Positions 23,720 through 35,769 of a stretch of DNA of 64,000 bases are shown piece after piece. Position 1 is the stretch's first letter; each line of letters opens with the position of its first letter. Both the position numbers and the translations under genes were made by a program. The notes under the pieces were generated by a model. That model was not told where the DNA came from. It did no database searches and saw only the letters and a program-made list of their open reading frames with translations. The stretch is from Leptogorgia sarmentosa (Eukaryota): assembly GCA_964658305.1 (NCBI GenBank), contig OZ210885.1, positions 19,902,001 to 19,966,000 of the forward strand, read 5' to 3'.

Positions 23720-24001
23720 TCATAGCCTTGGGGGTGCTTGCAGTGCCTGTATCGCTCTTTCTCCAGCGAGATTTATTGATTGTTTTCCTGCTTGTCTTCC
23801 ACTTTCTCGAGCCGCTTCTTTTACAGATTTACCATCAATAACACCAGCTACTATGTTTTTTAGCAAGTCCGCTCCTACGGTTGTGCCAATTTTACCTATT
23901 TCTCCCAAAATAGGTCTAAGCTTTTCTCCTGTTCCAGTTGGAACTGGAAATATGCCTCTACTACGAAATATGCCTCCTAACCCGTAACCTTGTTGATTCA
24001 T
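23720..24001 (-). CDS. Small Polinton protein with a QxGxGLGG motif (putative protease-cleaved virion protein)
   Basis: MNQQGYGLGGIFRS followed by an amphipathic helix, located directly upstream of the major capsid gene. Confidence 0.6.
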   Translation of the reverse strand: MNQQGYGLGGIFRSRGIFPVPTGTGEKLRPILGEIGKIGTTVGADLLKNIVAGVIDGKSVKEAARESGRQAGKQSINLAGERAIQALQAPPRL

Positions 24002-24002
24002 T

Positions 24003-24270
24003 TTAAAAGTTATTTTTTTGTCTAAAGCGTAGTGTTATCGACGTATGTCCGCGCTCAAATGAGATACGTTCATTCGTACTACTCCTTAAAAGAACCTTTA
24101 CTTCTTCAAATGATTTTATACGAACAGGTACATAGTGTAGGTTTTTGGTAGAGCGCATCGTTTCATGTTTTCCTTTTCCTTCATCCCAAACAATATCCAA
24201 TGGTTGAATAATATCACAGTAAACGTAAATGCTTGTTTCGCGGTGTAAGTTCGATTCATGATTTCCCGTT
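24003..24270 (-). pseudogene. Minor capsid (penton) C-terminal remnant
   Basis: YCDIIQP...LHYVPVRIKSFEEVKVLLRSSTNERISFERGHTSITLRFR. Most of the gene is deleted. Confidence 0.7.
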
Positions 24271-24957
24271 TCAAAATTTCGATGGATATCCAGCCCATTT
24301 TACAAAGTATTCCTCATTTTTTCCTTTGCCTTTCTTTTTTACAACTTCTTCTACTTCATACACCTCATCTTCCTTAATTACTTTTTGTAATTCTTCTTTG
24401 TAAAATGTACTGTCAAGTTCCTCTTGATCATAGTCTTTTAGCTTATACACAGGCGGATATCGAGGTATTTGTTCGCTTACAGTAAAAATTTGTCTTGAAA
24501 AATTAGGAAGATAGCCCTTTTCAAATTTACGCTTCATTTTACTTATTCGTACCTGACCGCCTACAAAGAACTTATACTTTATTTTTCTTTTACGTTGTGG
24601 GCGATCACCGTATAGTGTATGCCATATTTCTTGCTCGTTTTCTATAGTGACATTTACTGGTTTTTCCTTAATGCTGCGATGCTTACTATGATTATACGAG
24701 TACGCTAAATCGTCAAGCATGTCAATGTACCTACATGATTTCTTAGCTGTAAAAAAGCACCACATTTTTGTTTTCAAAGTACGAATAAGGCGCTCCACAA
24801 TCGAAGCTTTTGTCTCATTGTAAGTATGTCTTCTTGTTTCATCAGCGCCTTAAAGGGTCTATTGAAAAATTCTGTTCCCTGATCCGTTTGAATTTACGCC
24901 ACCGAATCCACCGGTTCGTTTTGGATTATAGTAAACACTAGATAAGTATGTATCCAT
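24271..24957 (-). pseudogene. Retroviral-like (rve) integrase with C-terminal chromo-like domain; internal deletions
   Basis: VYYNPKRTGGFGG, QTDQGTEFFN, KASIVERLIRTLKTKMW, YNHSKHRSI, FEKGYLPNFS and YEVEEVVKK...YFVKWAGYP. Confidence 0.9.
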
Positions 24958-25287
24958 AACTTTTTTCGAAATGAGAAAACAAAAAACGTCAGCCGTCTTT
25001 TATCGCAATCTCTTCAGTAAAGTCAATTGGTTCCTCCTCAATGGTTGCCAATTTGCCTTTAATAGGCAAATACTTTTTTTTTGTTTTTCCATGATACTCA
25101 GTCTTGAGACAACCCTCGACATTTGTATCCCCCCGACGCATAGACAAACCCACTTTACACATTTTTTCCCTATCAATATCTTTATTTAATCGCTTTTTTT
25201 CTTACTACCATTACAACCCATGTTTACACCGTAAATAATCAACTACATTTAAAAATTGTTTTACACGCTTTTCACTTAAGTATCATT

Positions 25288-25900
25288 TCAAGACAGTATT
25301 ATCATGTCCACAAAAAAAAAAACGAGAAAATCATAATGTTGCAAAATGTAACCATGTTCAAGACAGGCATTCCAGATTTTCTTAATAATCGACATGTTCA
25401 TAATGATGTTGTCTCCAATTTCAATTTTCATCTCATCCATTTCTTCATCTGAGATTCCCGCACACAATTTGGAGTAGAAACTTGATGCATGGATATTGAC
25501 ACGCAACACACTGTGCCCTTGGGAAAAAAAGTCCAGTTCAACTATTGTCATTGTAACAAAAATGATCTGCTATACTAAAAGCAGTTTTACTTATACCAAA
25601 AAACCACAGCATTTAAAACTTAAGTATCATCTTGTCCACCGAAAGACCAAGAATATCATAATCTCGCGAAATGTAACCGTGTTCAAGACAGGCATTCCAG
25701 ATTTTCTTAATAAACGACTTGTCCGTAAATATCTCGTCTCCAGTAATCACCGCATCCATTTCTTCATTTGAGATTCCCTCACACAATTTGGAGTAAAAAC
25801 TTGATACACACATATTGACACGCAACACAATGTGCCCCTTGGAAAAAAAGTCCAGATCAATGGTCATTGTAGCGAAATGATCAGCTATACTGAAAGCAGT
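25288..25900 (-). CDS. Tandem pair of paralogous ~90-aa hypothetical proteins (25288-25551 and 25613-~25870)
   Basis: Direct repeat of about 330 bp. LDFFSQGHSVLRVNIHASSFYSKLCAGISDEEMD aligns with LDFFSKGHIVLRVNMCVSSFYSKLCEGISNEEMD. Confidence 0.55.
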
Positions 25901-25992
25901 TTTACTTATACAAAAAAACATGAAAAAAAAACACGGGAAATTCATAAAAGCACATATTCCCACAAAAATCCCTTACTTACATTCCATTCGCA

Positions 25993-28049
25993 ATGAAGAG
26001 AGGATATCCCTACACAAACGGTAATCTTAATTTTGGTTACGAATACGATTACAAACCAAAAAGCTCCAAAGGTGATGGCAGTGGGCCTCGAGTACCCCAG
26101 GAACCCCAGGGACCTACAGGACCTCCTGGACCTGCGGGAGGACCCCTGGGACCTCCAAGACCAGCGGGACCTCGGGGTGAACAAGGAGATCAGGGTCAAA
26201 AAGGTGACAAAGGTATTCAAGGAATTCAGGGTCGACAAGGAGACAAAGGCAGTGATGGGCCACAAGGACAACCAGGGCAAACGCGACCACAAGGACCGCC
26301 AGGACTAAAAGGAACCGATGGACTGCAAGGACCGCAAGGAATACCTGGTGAGGCTGCCCATAAAGGAAACAAAGGAGCCACAGGACCTGCAGGACCAACG
26401 GGACCACAAGGAATTGCCGGTGTACAAGGACAACCAGGGGTCCAAGGAGTCAAAGGAGACACAGGAGACACAGGAGCCACAGGACCTGTAGGACCACCAG
26501 GACATTCGGGATCTGCTGGAGCTAAAGGTGTGCAAGGCCCACCAGGTCTAACAGGCTCGCAAGGACCAATAGGACCAACAGGACAAAAAGGGGATACGGG
26601 TGCTGCCAGAAATGACGGTAATACAGGACCAGCAGGACCCCCGGGACCTACAGGAAACACAGGACCACAAGGGGTCCGAGGAGCCAAAGGTGACAAAGGA
26701 AACCCAGTAGCAACTGGAGCCACAGACCAACGGGACCACAAGGAATTGCCGGTACACAAGGACAACAAGGGTCCAAGGAGACAAAGGGGACAAAGGAGAT
26801 GTCAGAGATATTAACGCTACCACACAAAAGCAACTTATTATGATCAATAAAAACTTTGGACAAATAACTTACCCCAATACTTTCCGATCCTTCGAATTTG
26901 TTGATACAGGCACTGATATGCCTTACAATTGTGGTCGGGGAGCGAATCTTGTAGTAACAAAAAGTACCACAAATGAAATAGTTCCAATTTTGGGTCTTCA
27001 TGCTCCTATTGAAATAACCTAATACGTAACCCCCCTCTCAGACAAAACAGGAATCTCTTTTATTGGCAAATACTCTGAACCAAAGGAATACGGAGTGATA
27101 TTCGCTATCCAAGATCACAACAACAGAGTGGCGAAATCCGTATACATGTTCACATACAATGGTGGGAATACTTTCTCAGGTGCTGACATAAGGCAACTAG
27201 GAACACTGGACCGCAACGGAAACACATACGAATACTGTTTGGCAAGAGTTCCCGAAAATACAAGCAGCAACAGCAAAGCTCAATTTCAAGTTGAAATTAT
27301 TTACATATCTGCCGACTTACCTGAAAGTAAAATGTCAATAAGCGTTTACGGAGGATTCGTATTTCAACAGTTATCCGATGCAAATTACAAAGCTGCAAAT
27401 CTCACAGACAAACTTCATTTTCCGTGTCACAAAGACTTTGAAAGGCAGAAATTCAAAGGTATTATGAAAGGAAACATTCTTCTTGCCGGATTCGAACAAC
27501 AAGACGGAACTATCCTTCCTAATGACAATCTAACACTATCTCAAACCAACCTGCTAGATTCTGCTAAACTACAATTGGCAAAAACTATACTAAAAAATGT
27601 CAGAAATACATTCAGTAATATAGTAACAGACACCGTGTTTATGACGTCACCCTATCAAACACCCTCATCATGGTGGTACCCAGAAAGCAGTATCAATGGA
27701 TACCCCACACCAATCTACCCATTAATAAGCACAGATACTTTGCTCTTAACAATACTAACACACACATTCGATGACGATAATGATATTGGCAATGATCAGC
27801 CGGTACAGACACACAAACAGACAACGGAACACCAGCTATCCTAGGCACATTAAACTACTGGCATACCACACAGTCATCTTCCCAAATCAAACAATCCGGA
27901 AAATATTCCGTATTAATTACACATTTGAGTATAAACCAACAAAATCCTATATTGGTTACACTCTACAATTCAGACAAATAAAACCCACAACACTACTTGG
28001 TAATGAGTCGGTTATAGTATTCACCACTGTACAAGTACCAGATTTATAA
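25993..28049 (+). pseudogene. Collagen triple-helix protein with a non-collagenous C-terminal region (putative virion fibre), disrupted
   Basis: Roughly 70 Gly-X-Y triplets at 26071-26800, with no introns. After frameshifts the reading continues through ORFs 26840-27022, 27095-27844 and 27771-28049. Confidence 0.7.
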
Positions 28050-28139
28050 ATACTCAATAAACATGTTTAAAAACTTTTATTTCATGTGTCATACAACAAT
28101 GTTTCAAAACTTCATATCCTAAGTCATGCAAAAATCGTC

Positions 28140-28661
28140 CTAGCAACAAGTATACGCAATATCCTCGGTCTTGCGATCACCCCCAGAGTTTGGTTTGTAA
28201 TGTAAGGAAGAAGTCTCAGCAATCCTGTCAACCTTACTACCGAGAACAGCAATATCCTCGGTCATGGTTTTTACACCAACAGCCATGTGAGCAAGCAATT
28301 TCAGAATCTGACCACTCATTTGCTTTTTGCTCCGTTTCATGCACAAGCTCATATCTTCTTGCTTTTCGTCATCCTCTACTTGCGATGTACTTTGTTGAGG
28401 CTCGCTTTGTTGTGGTGTACTTGGTTGGGGTTCACTTGGTTGCGGTGTACTTGGCTGGGGTTCCCTTGTTTGTGATGTACTTAGCTGGGGTTCGCTTGGT
28501 TGTGATGTACTTGGCTGGGGTTCGCTTGGTTGAGGGTCGCTTTGTTGCTCAACAACTTCCATACTTGACTCTTTGGTAGCCATTCGCTTAGACGCTTTTT
28601 TGACCTCCGCTCCTAAATACGCCAATAATTCCTTACAAACAAAACTGCCAATCCCACTCAC
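28140..28661 (-). CDS. Polinton hypothetical protein with (PQPSE/PQPST) repeats
   Basis: A 15/30-bp tandem repeat at 28385-28545 is in frame within a 173-codon ORF. Confidence 0.45.
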   Translation of the reverse strand: MSGIGSFVCKELLAYLGAEVKKASKRMATKESSMEVVEQQSDPQPSEPQPSTSQPSEPQLSTSQTREPQPSTPQPSEPQPSTPQQSEPQQSTSQVEDDEKQEDMSLCMKRSKKQMSGQILKLLAHMAVGVKTMTEDIAVLGSKVDRIAETSSLHYKPNSGGDRKTEDIAYTCC

Positions 28662-29111
28662 GCGTCCCAGTAGAACGTATCAGCGTTTCCAGTACACGCT
28701 TCATTGGTATATGTCTTGAAATCTTAAAGGATTCCTCGCGTTTCTTCCCGGCCTTTTGCTTTATTCTTTTGAGATGAGAACGCAATGGTGTAGCAGAAAA
28801 CTCCATATTTCAATCCCACCAAATAAAAACGTCGACTTGATCATTAGGCGACTTTTCCAAGTCTATCTCTCTGTTCAAAATCCATTTGTATCTCTCTTTT
28901 TTTTTGAACAAATACGGCAATATGTCTGCCCATACATACTCCCTGGTATAAGGACACAATGCGAAAAATCCATTGTGTAAAATGAAATAAAACTACACGT
29001 TATCTTACTTTTAACAAAAAAAAACACGGGGAAAAAACCACAGGAAAAAATCACGGGAAATTACGTATTTAAGAACGCACGCACACAAAAATAAGCACTC
29101 AGAAATGAACA

Positions 29112-29591
29112 ATGAATATCGTTGGAATATTAGATTTGGACGGTTTTTTTGTACAGAAAACCTTTTTTTGTAGAGAACTTGGAATCATCACGCATAGAGA
29201 TACATATGGGACATCATTTCACTTCAATACACCACTTTCATATGAAAAGTTAAACGAAAAAGATAAAATTCAGGCGAAATTTTTACAGCAACACATCCAC
29301 GGATTATCATTATCAGACGAAAACGCTATGGATCAAGATATGCTAGACATCATCGTTAAACGATTCATTGAAAAAGATTTACTTTTTAAACTAAACATAC
29401 CTTCAATAAACTTGGAACTTTTTGGATGTCCCAAAGCAGTAAACATTTTCCCAGAAATGGCATGGTTAGAAAGCTGTGGAGAACATAAATTTTTAAAAAA
29501 CAAAACAGATGCTTATAAACATTGTCAGAGAGTTGAAGTTGAAGCGTATCTACACTGGCTAACAAAATACTGGCTACCAACTGAATTATAA
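29112..29591 (+). CDS. DEDD/DnaQ-like 3'-5' exonuclease-related protein
   Basis: N-terminal ILDLDGF...FCRELG, then HIHGL and a C-terminal C..H...HC pattern seen in Polinton accessory exonucleases. Confidence 0.5.
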   Translation: MNIVGILDLDGFFVQKTFFCRELGIITHRDTYGTSFHFNTPLSYEKLNEKDKIQAKFLQQHIHGLSLSDENAMDQDMLDIIVKRFIEKDLLFKLNIPSINLELFGCPKAVNIFPEMAWLESCGEHKFLKNKTDAYKHCQRVEVEAYLHWLTKYWLPTEL

Positions 29592-30959
29592 ACATCTCTG
29601 TACAAAAAACCGTCCAAATCTAATGTAAATAAAAACGGTTATGTAAATAAAAAACACGTTTTATGATTAATAAAAACCACTTTTTATGAAAATTGTGATC
29701 CAAAAGGTGTAAAAACGTTAGAAAAGAGGGTGTGGGATCAGAAAAAAGGGGGTGTGGCAGCGCAAAATCACAAAGGGGAGAATTTTACAAAAAATGGGGG
29801 TGTGGGAACCCAAATTTCTCATGCAACACACACAAATCTCCACACGAGATACATGCAAAATGCACGCAAAACCTCCACGCAACACCCGAATCCCGCTATA
29901 TTGTTTACTAAATGTCCCTCAGTACAAACTTAAATTAAGTTATCTTACAAAAAACCTAAAACACTAATTGCTGTAAAATAACTAAAATTTCTTGAGTAAT
30001 AACTACTCAGACTTTTCTCCCTCTATATAACTTTCAGCTCTGACACCTCTGTGTTGTCAATCATAAGCAATACAGCAGACAGTGTAGCGCCAGTAGCCAA
30101 GTTCAGGAGGAACAGAAACTGAGAACATGGTCACAGAACTGACAGAAGAAGAGTCACAAGCAAGCGAGCCTGAAGAAGTCCGAAAAACTGGTAAGCGTGA
30201 AAAAGGAAAGCCAGTCCACCAAATCTGGAGCGATGCTTTTGATGAACCAGCTGTCCACCGCATACAAAGCATGGCCAAAAATCTCGGTCATTTGAGCCTG
30301 CGCACAAAAAGCGGTTGCACGGAAAATTCAAATTAATGAATTTAAAAATGTATATAGAGTTGCATAGAAAACAGAACTCAACCGGAAAATAAAGCGAAAA
30401 CAAATCAGAAATTTGAACTTGCCAAAGTGGACAGTTATGGCTGCACATACATGGAAAGCGCTTGCAAAAATACTTTTTAAAAATCATAAAACCATACCTT
30501 TCCCTTTGACATTTTTCGGTTAGCGATTTCCAAGTGTTTTAAATGGCTGGGGCCGGTTGTATAAAGCTCTTAACTACTTTTGGACTAGCCTTTTTGTAGT
30601 TAAATAGTCGTTAACTTTAACCACGTAGTTAGACCGGTTGTATAAAAATGTAGTTATATAGTTACAACAAATCCATCATCACACGCGCCGAGCCAACGCC
30701 GGCTTTACAAGCCAAATACGAGCAATTATGGTAACAAACAGCCTCCTTTATGGCGAGGAGCCCAGTCGTACAGACGGCTGGAGAACAACAACAAGCGCGG
30801 TCAGAACCGAGCTCGCCTCGGGCCAATGAGGAAGTAGCTTCAGCAATTGTTCACAAACTCTCACAAATACAGGTAAGCGAATACAAGTTCTTTGTGCCAT
30901 CGCTTATTAAATACTTTGAACACAAGGTTGCCCATTTTAAAGCGGGCCAACTCAGTAAC

Positions 30960-32881
30960 TCTTATAGAGTTTAACGAGAACCCAGTACAAATTAAATTCC
31001 CTGTACAGCCCAATTACTCATGTCAACAAGGCCAGTTTATTGACTCAGAAATCAAAAACCTGTTGGGTAAAGGGGTCATTGTAGAATCTACACATGAGCC
31101 TAATGAATTCATCTCACCCATCTTCCTTCGACCTAAGAAGGATGGATCACATCGCATGATCCTAAACCTCAAGAGTTTAAACCAATCGGTTACATACCAA
31201 CACTTTAAGATGGACACAATCTGGACTGCTATATGTATGATGCGTCCTGGATGCTTTATGGCATCCATTGATCTTAAGGATGCTTACTACTCTGTCCCGA
31301 TTCACATCGCCCATCAGAAATACTTGAAATTTCAATGGCGAGGGAAGCTATACCAGTATACATGTTTCCCCAGTGGACTGGCAAAGCACAAAACTCCTTA
31401 AACTTGTTTTCTCAAACTTGAGAAGCAGAAGGCATTTATCGGTAATATACATAGATGATTCTTATTTACAAGGTGCTGATTTTGATATGTGTGTTAAAAA
31501 TGTGAAAGACACTATTACATTACTTGATCATGTGGGTCTTGTTATACACCCTGAGAAGTCTGTCCTGCACCCTACCCAGAAACTAGTATTCCTAGGGTTT
31601 CAGTTAGAATCCATAAAAATGACTATCAGCCTTACAGGGGAAAAAGCACCAAAAATTAAGGAAGCTTGTCACAAGCTTCTACAACCTCCTCAACCCACAA
31701 TACAGGAAGTGGCCAGAATTATTGGGATGTTAACAGCTATCTTCCCAGGAGTAATGTTTGGGCCATTGCATTACCGGCACCTAGATATGGATAAAACTGT
31801 GGCCCTGAAACTAAGGAAGGGCAATTATAATCAGACCATGACTCTTTCAGATGAGGCCAAGCAGGAGCTGAGTTGGTGGGTAAGCTCAGTTGAAAGTGCA
31901 TACAATGTGGTTAGTCACAGCTCAGCTGACACAACAATGACCACAGATGCCTCAAAAACAGGTTGGGGTTGCTCCCTAGATGGCACATCCACAGGTGGCT
32001 CATGGGACCCTGGGTAGTCTGCGAAACACATCAACTGGCTAGAGGTTAAAGCCATATTACTCAGTCTTAAGTCATTTGTAGATCAGATTTGTCGGAAGCA
32101 TGTAAAAATCCTCTCCGACAACACAACAGCCGTCTCCTGCATAAACCATATGGGAACTAGTCACTCCAAGGAGATAAATCTTTTGGTAAAGGAGATATGG
32201 GATTTCTGCATCACGACTAACATTTGGATTACAGTAGCACATATACCAGGGAAACAAAATGTCATTGCAGATTTTGAATCAAGGAGGGGTACCAATGATA
32301 CTGAGTGGGCCCTAGACCAAACAGTGTATGATCAAGCAATCCAGTTACTAGGTGTGACCCCTTGCATTGATCTGTTTGCTTCACGGCTAAACTATAAATG
32401 CAAGCCTTATGTTGCATTCAGGCCTGACCCTGAGGCTCAAGCTATAAATGCCTTCCATATATCCTGGGTTAATATGTGTTTTTATGCATTTCCCCCTTTT
32501 TGCATTATCAACCAAGTATTACAAAAAATCTCAGACGAGAAAGCAACCGGCATAATAGTAATCCCACACTGGCCGACCCAGTCTTGGTGGCCATATGTAA
32601 CCAATATGTTAATACATTGTCCCATTATTTTGCCTAGCACACCAACAACACTGATGTTACCATCTCACCCTCAGAAGATACACCCTCTACAAAATAAGTT
32701 GCGATTGCTGATGTGCCACTTATCAGGGGACTACTTGAAAGTAAAGGAATTTCAAAAGAAGCTGCATCAATCATCGTACAAGCATGGAGACCGGGGACTC
32801 AAAAGCAATACAGATATTACTTACAAAAGCGGGAACAGCACTGTCGTGAACGAAGTATCAATCCCATTTATCCAACTGTAG
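30960..32881 (+). pseudogene. DIRS reverse transcriptase, RNase H and DNA N6-adenine methyltransferase-like domain
   Basis: RPKKDGSHRMILNLK, IDLKDAYYS, IYIDDSYL, TTDASKTGWG, HINWLE, SDNTTAV, IDLFASRLN and YAFPPF. Confidence 0.9.
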
Positions 32882-33656
32882 GGACCGCAATTGATTTTCA
32901 ACATGCATTTTACAAGGAAGGATTATCCTATAGCACCTTAAACACGGTACGCTCAGCTCTATCCAGCGTTGTCCAGCCAATAGACAATAATGGTAACCCG
33001 ATATATGCAAGGAGTATTTGTAAATAGACCAGCACTACCACGTTATAAACAGATCTGGGATGTGTCTGTGGTTATAAAATACCTAAAATCTTTGGGTGAT
33101 ACTACACAACTGTCCCTAAAAGACCTGACTATGAAGACAACCATGCTACTTGCCCTTGTTACTGGACAGCGTTGCCAGACCATACAGGCCTTGAACATTG
33201 AGCACATGGTTATGCATGATATATGCAGGTCCTTCCATATAAATAAACTGCTAAAAACCTCACGACGGGGGAAGCACTTTGGGATGATTGAAATCAAAGC
33301 CTTTCCATCCGACCCAAGTGTTATGTCCAATAACTGTCCTTAAAGAGTATGTAGCAAGGACGCTACCTTTACGACAGAACAACTGCCAACTACTTCTTAG
33401 TTACCAGAAGCCACATAAACCAGTTTCTTCAGAAACCATTGGCAAGTGGATCAAAAAGACTTTAACTAAAGCGGGGATAGATATTAGGGTTTTCGGTGCT
33501 CACAGCACAAGATCAGCTGCTACATCTGCAGCAAAAGCTGGCAACCTGCCAATCAGTACCATTATGGACGCAGCAGGATGGTCAAACATGAAAACATTCA
33601 GTAAATTTTATGACAAACCAATTGAACAAAAGAAAACTTCGGTCATAACCTCTTGA
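32713..33656 (+). pseudogene. DIRS tyrosine recombinase, frameshifted
   Basis: AWRPGTQKQY, YSTLNTVRSALS, LALVTGQRCQ, LCPITVLKEY, AHSTRSA and AGWS...TFSKFY. Confidence 0.9.
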
Positions 33657-34072
33657 AAATTGTTAACGTTCATTGAGCATGCATCGTGTTGATATTGTTA
33701 TTAATAAAAAAGCAAACTTACAGTGCTCATGGTCATTACTTTAAAGTCTCACAGTGACTCCGTAGCGAACTAACCAATGACGAAGTAGAATTGGAAAATT
33801 AAACGAGACTTACCTGTAAGGTGAAGTTTGATTGAAATTCTACGAGTTATTGGTTAGGAGCGAAGGAGTCACGGGCCCACCCTACGGTGTTACCTGGCCC
33901 TATGGCTTTACAGCAGATACTGAATACTAATGACCATTTGCACCCCTTTAAAGACTGCCGCTCGATCCTTCCCGCGCTATCTCACACATGACTCCTTCGC
34001 TCCTAACCAATAACTTGTAGAATTTCAATCAAACTTCACCTTACAGGTAAGTCTCGTTTATTTTTCCAATTT

Positions 34073-35745
34073 ACCTCTTAGACCAATAATCTCTTCTATA
34101 GGAACTTATTGTTATAATGTTGCTAAATTCTTCGTTCCTCTTCTTCGCCCTTTCTCCACCAATCCTTTAACCATAACTGACACATTTTCTTTTGTTAAAG
34201 AATTACTTAATTTACCCTTTAACACAACTAACGTTATAATGGCTAGCTTTGACATTAAATCCCTATTCACTAATATTCCTCTTGACGAGACGATTGACAT
34301 TATTGTTAACAAATGCTTTTGTAACTCTTCCCACTTTCACGGTTTGACTATTCAACAATTTACTGACCGACTGAGTATGTCGGTTAAAAACTGCCACTTT
34401 ATTTTCGACGGTAAACTTTATCATCAAAAGGATGGTGTAGCTATGGGCTCTCCCCTTGGACCTTTGTTTGCTAACATTTTCCTATCATTCCATGAACGCT
34501 CTTGGTTAACTGATTGTCCTCATACTTTTAAACCTATGTTCTACAGACGCTACGTTGATGACTGCTTCCTTATCTTTGAATCCAAGGAACAAGTTGTTCC
34601 TTTCCTTGACTATCTCAACTCTAAACATCCTAACATTCAGTTTACGCACGAATTAGAAAACAATGGCACACTATCCTTTCTTGACATTAACATCACACGA
34701 ACAAATGGTCACTTTTCCACTTCTGTGTTTCACAAACTAACTTCAACAGGACTCTTTACTAACTTTAACAGCTTTATTCCTATGACATACAGGAAAGGCC
34801 TACTCCTTTCTTTGATCTCACGCTACTTTAATATTTGTTCCTCTTATCATTCTTTCCACTGCAAACTTCAGAACTTTAAACAAATATTTTGTTGCAACGG
34901 TTATCCAGCTTCTCTTATTGATAACTGCATCAGATCTTTTCTCAACAAAAAATTCTCACTTAAACTTCCTGTTCATTCATGCTCAAAGAAAACTTTTTAC
35001 TTTTGCCTAGCGTACACAGGCCAACATGGTCTGCAACTACGCACGCAACTTCGTAAATTATTTTCATCAGCTTACCCACATCTATCAATCCACTTTGTCT
35101 TTCGTCCTATGTGTAGACTCTCTGACTTTTTTTCCATTCAAGGACCGAATTCCTTTTGCTATGAGATCGCATGTTGTGTACAAATATAAGTGTCAATGCT
35201 GTGATGCATTGTATGTTGGTCAAACACGCCGACATATACACACGCGAATCTCAGAACATATGGGAGTTTCGTCTAGAACTGGGAATAAGCTCTCAGTCTC
35301 TCAAATGTCTGCTGTTCTAACTCACCATCATTTCACTAAACACACTATTTCTGATTCTGACTTTACTATACTAACATCAAGTAACTCTAAGTTTGATCTC
35401 AAAATACGTGAAAGTCTCCTCATCTTTAAATTCAAACCTGTCCTCAATAATAATATCTCTTCTACACCTCTGTATCTTTTTAATCATTAATCCCACTCGA
35501 ACTTGACCTGGTCACTTAATTTTCTGAAACAACTAATGAACTTATTCCTGCTTTTGACATATTGTTTTTCTAAATCTTTTCTTATTTGTTCTTTGTGTAT
35601 TTGAATTTTAACCGTTTGTAATATAAAACTCATATAATCATGTATATATAGATACACCAACTATTACATTATCATTATAGCTCTGATGATGTTGCGATGT
35701 AGCAACGAAACGTTAGCAATAAATTTTATATAAAACTGGATGGTT
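34073..35745 (+). mobile_element. Penelope-like retroelement (RT plus GIY-YIG endonuclease), 5'-truncated
   Basis: RPIISSIGT, SFDIKSLFTNIP, GVAMGSPLGP and RYVDD. After a frameshift comes VVYKYKC...YVGQTRRHIHTRISEH...ESLLI...PVLN, ending at 35490. Confidence 0.92.
35675..35722 (+). ncRNA. Minimal type I hammerhead ribozyme in the Penelope 3' repeat
   Basis: ttatagct-CTGATGA-tgttgc gatgta gcaac-GAAACGTT-agcaataa: catalytic core, stem II, palindromic ACGT stem III and a 7/8-bp stem I. Confidence 0.7.
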
Positions 35746-35769
35746 TTAATATGTATGTATTAAAAATCG

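Larger units (their letters stand above)
16430..30007. mobile_element. Polinton/Maverick (adintovirus-like endogenous virus), left part missing, decayed
   Basis: Contains pPolB, packaging ATPase, adenain-type protease, major and minor capsid and rve integrase. The right terminus ...taataACTACT ends at 30007 (AGTAGT on minus). No matching left TIR or 6-bp TSD was found. Confidence 0.92.
30665..34071 (+). mobile_element. DIRS1-like tyrosine-recombinase retrotransposon, 5'-truncated
   Basis: RT, RNase H, methyltransferase-like and YR coding regions. A 3' inverted repeat has arms at 33789-33871 and 33989-34071. Confidence 0.9.

Noticed and set aside
25993..26814. Host collagen gene
   Set aside because: It is intronless, has no signal peptide and lies inside the Polinton. 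The antisense Pro/Gly ORFs (26226-26768 and others) are shadows of the repeat.
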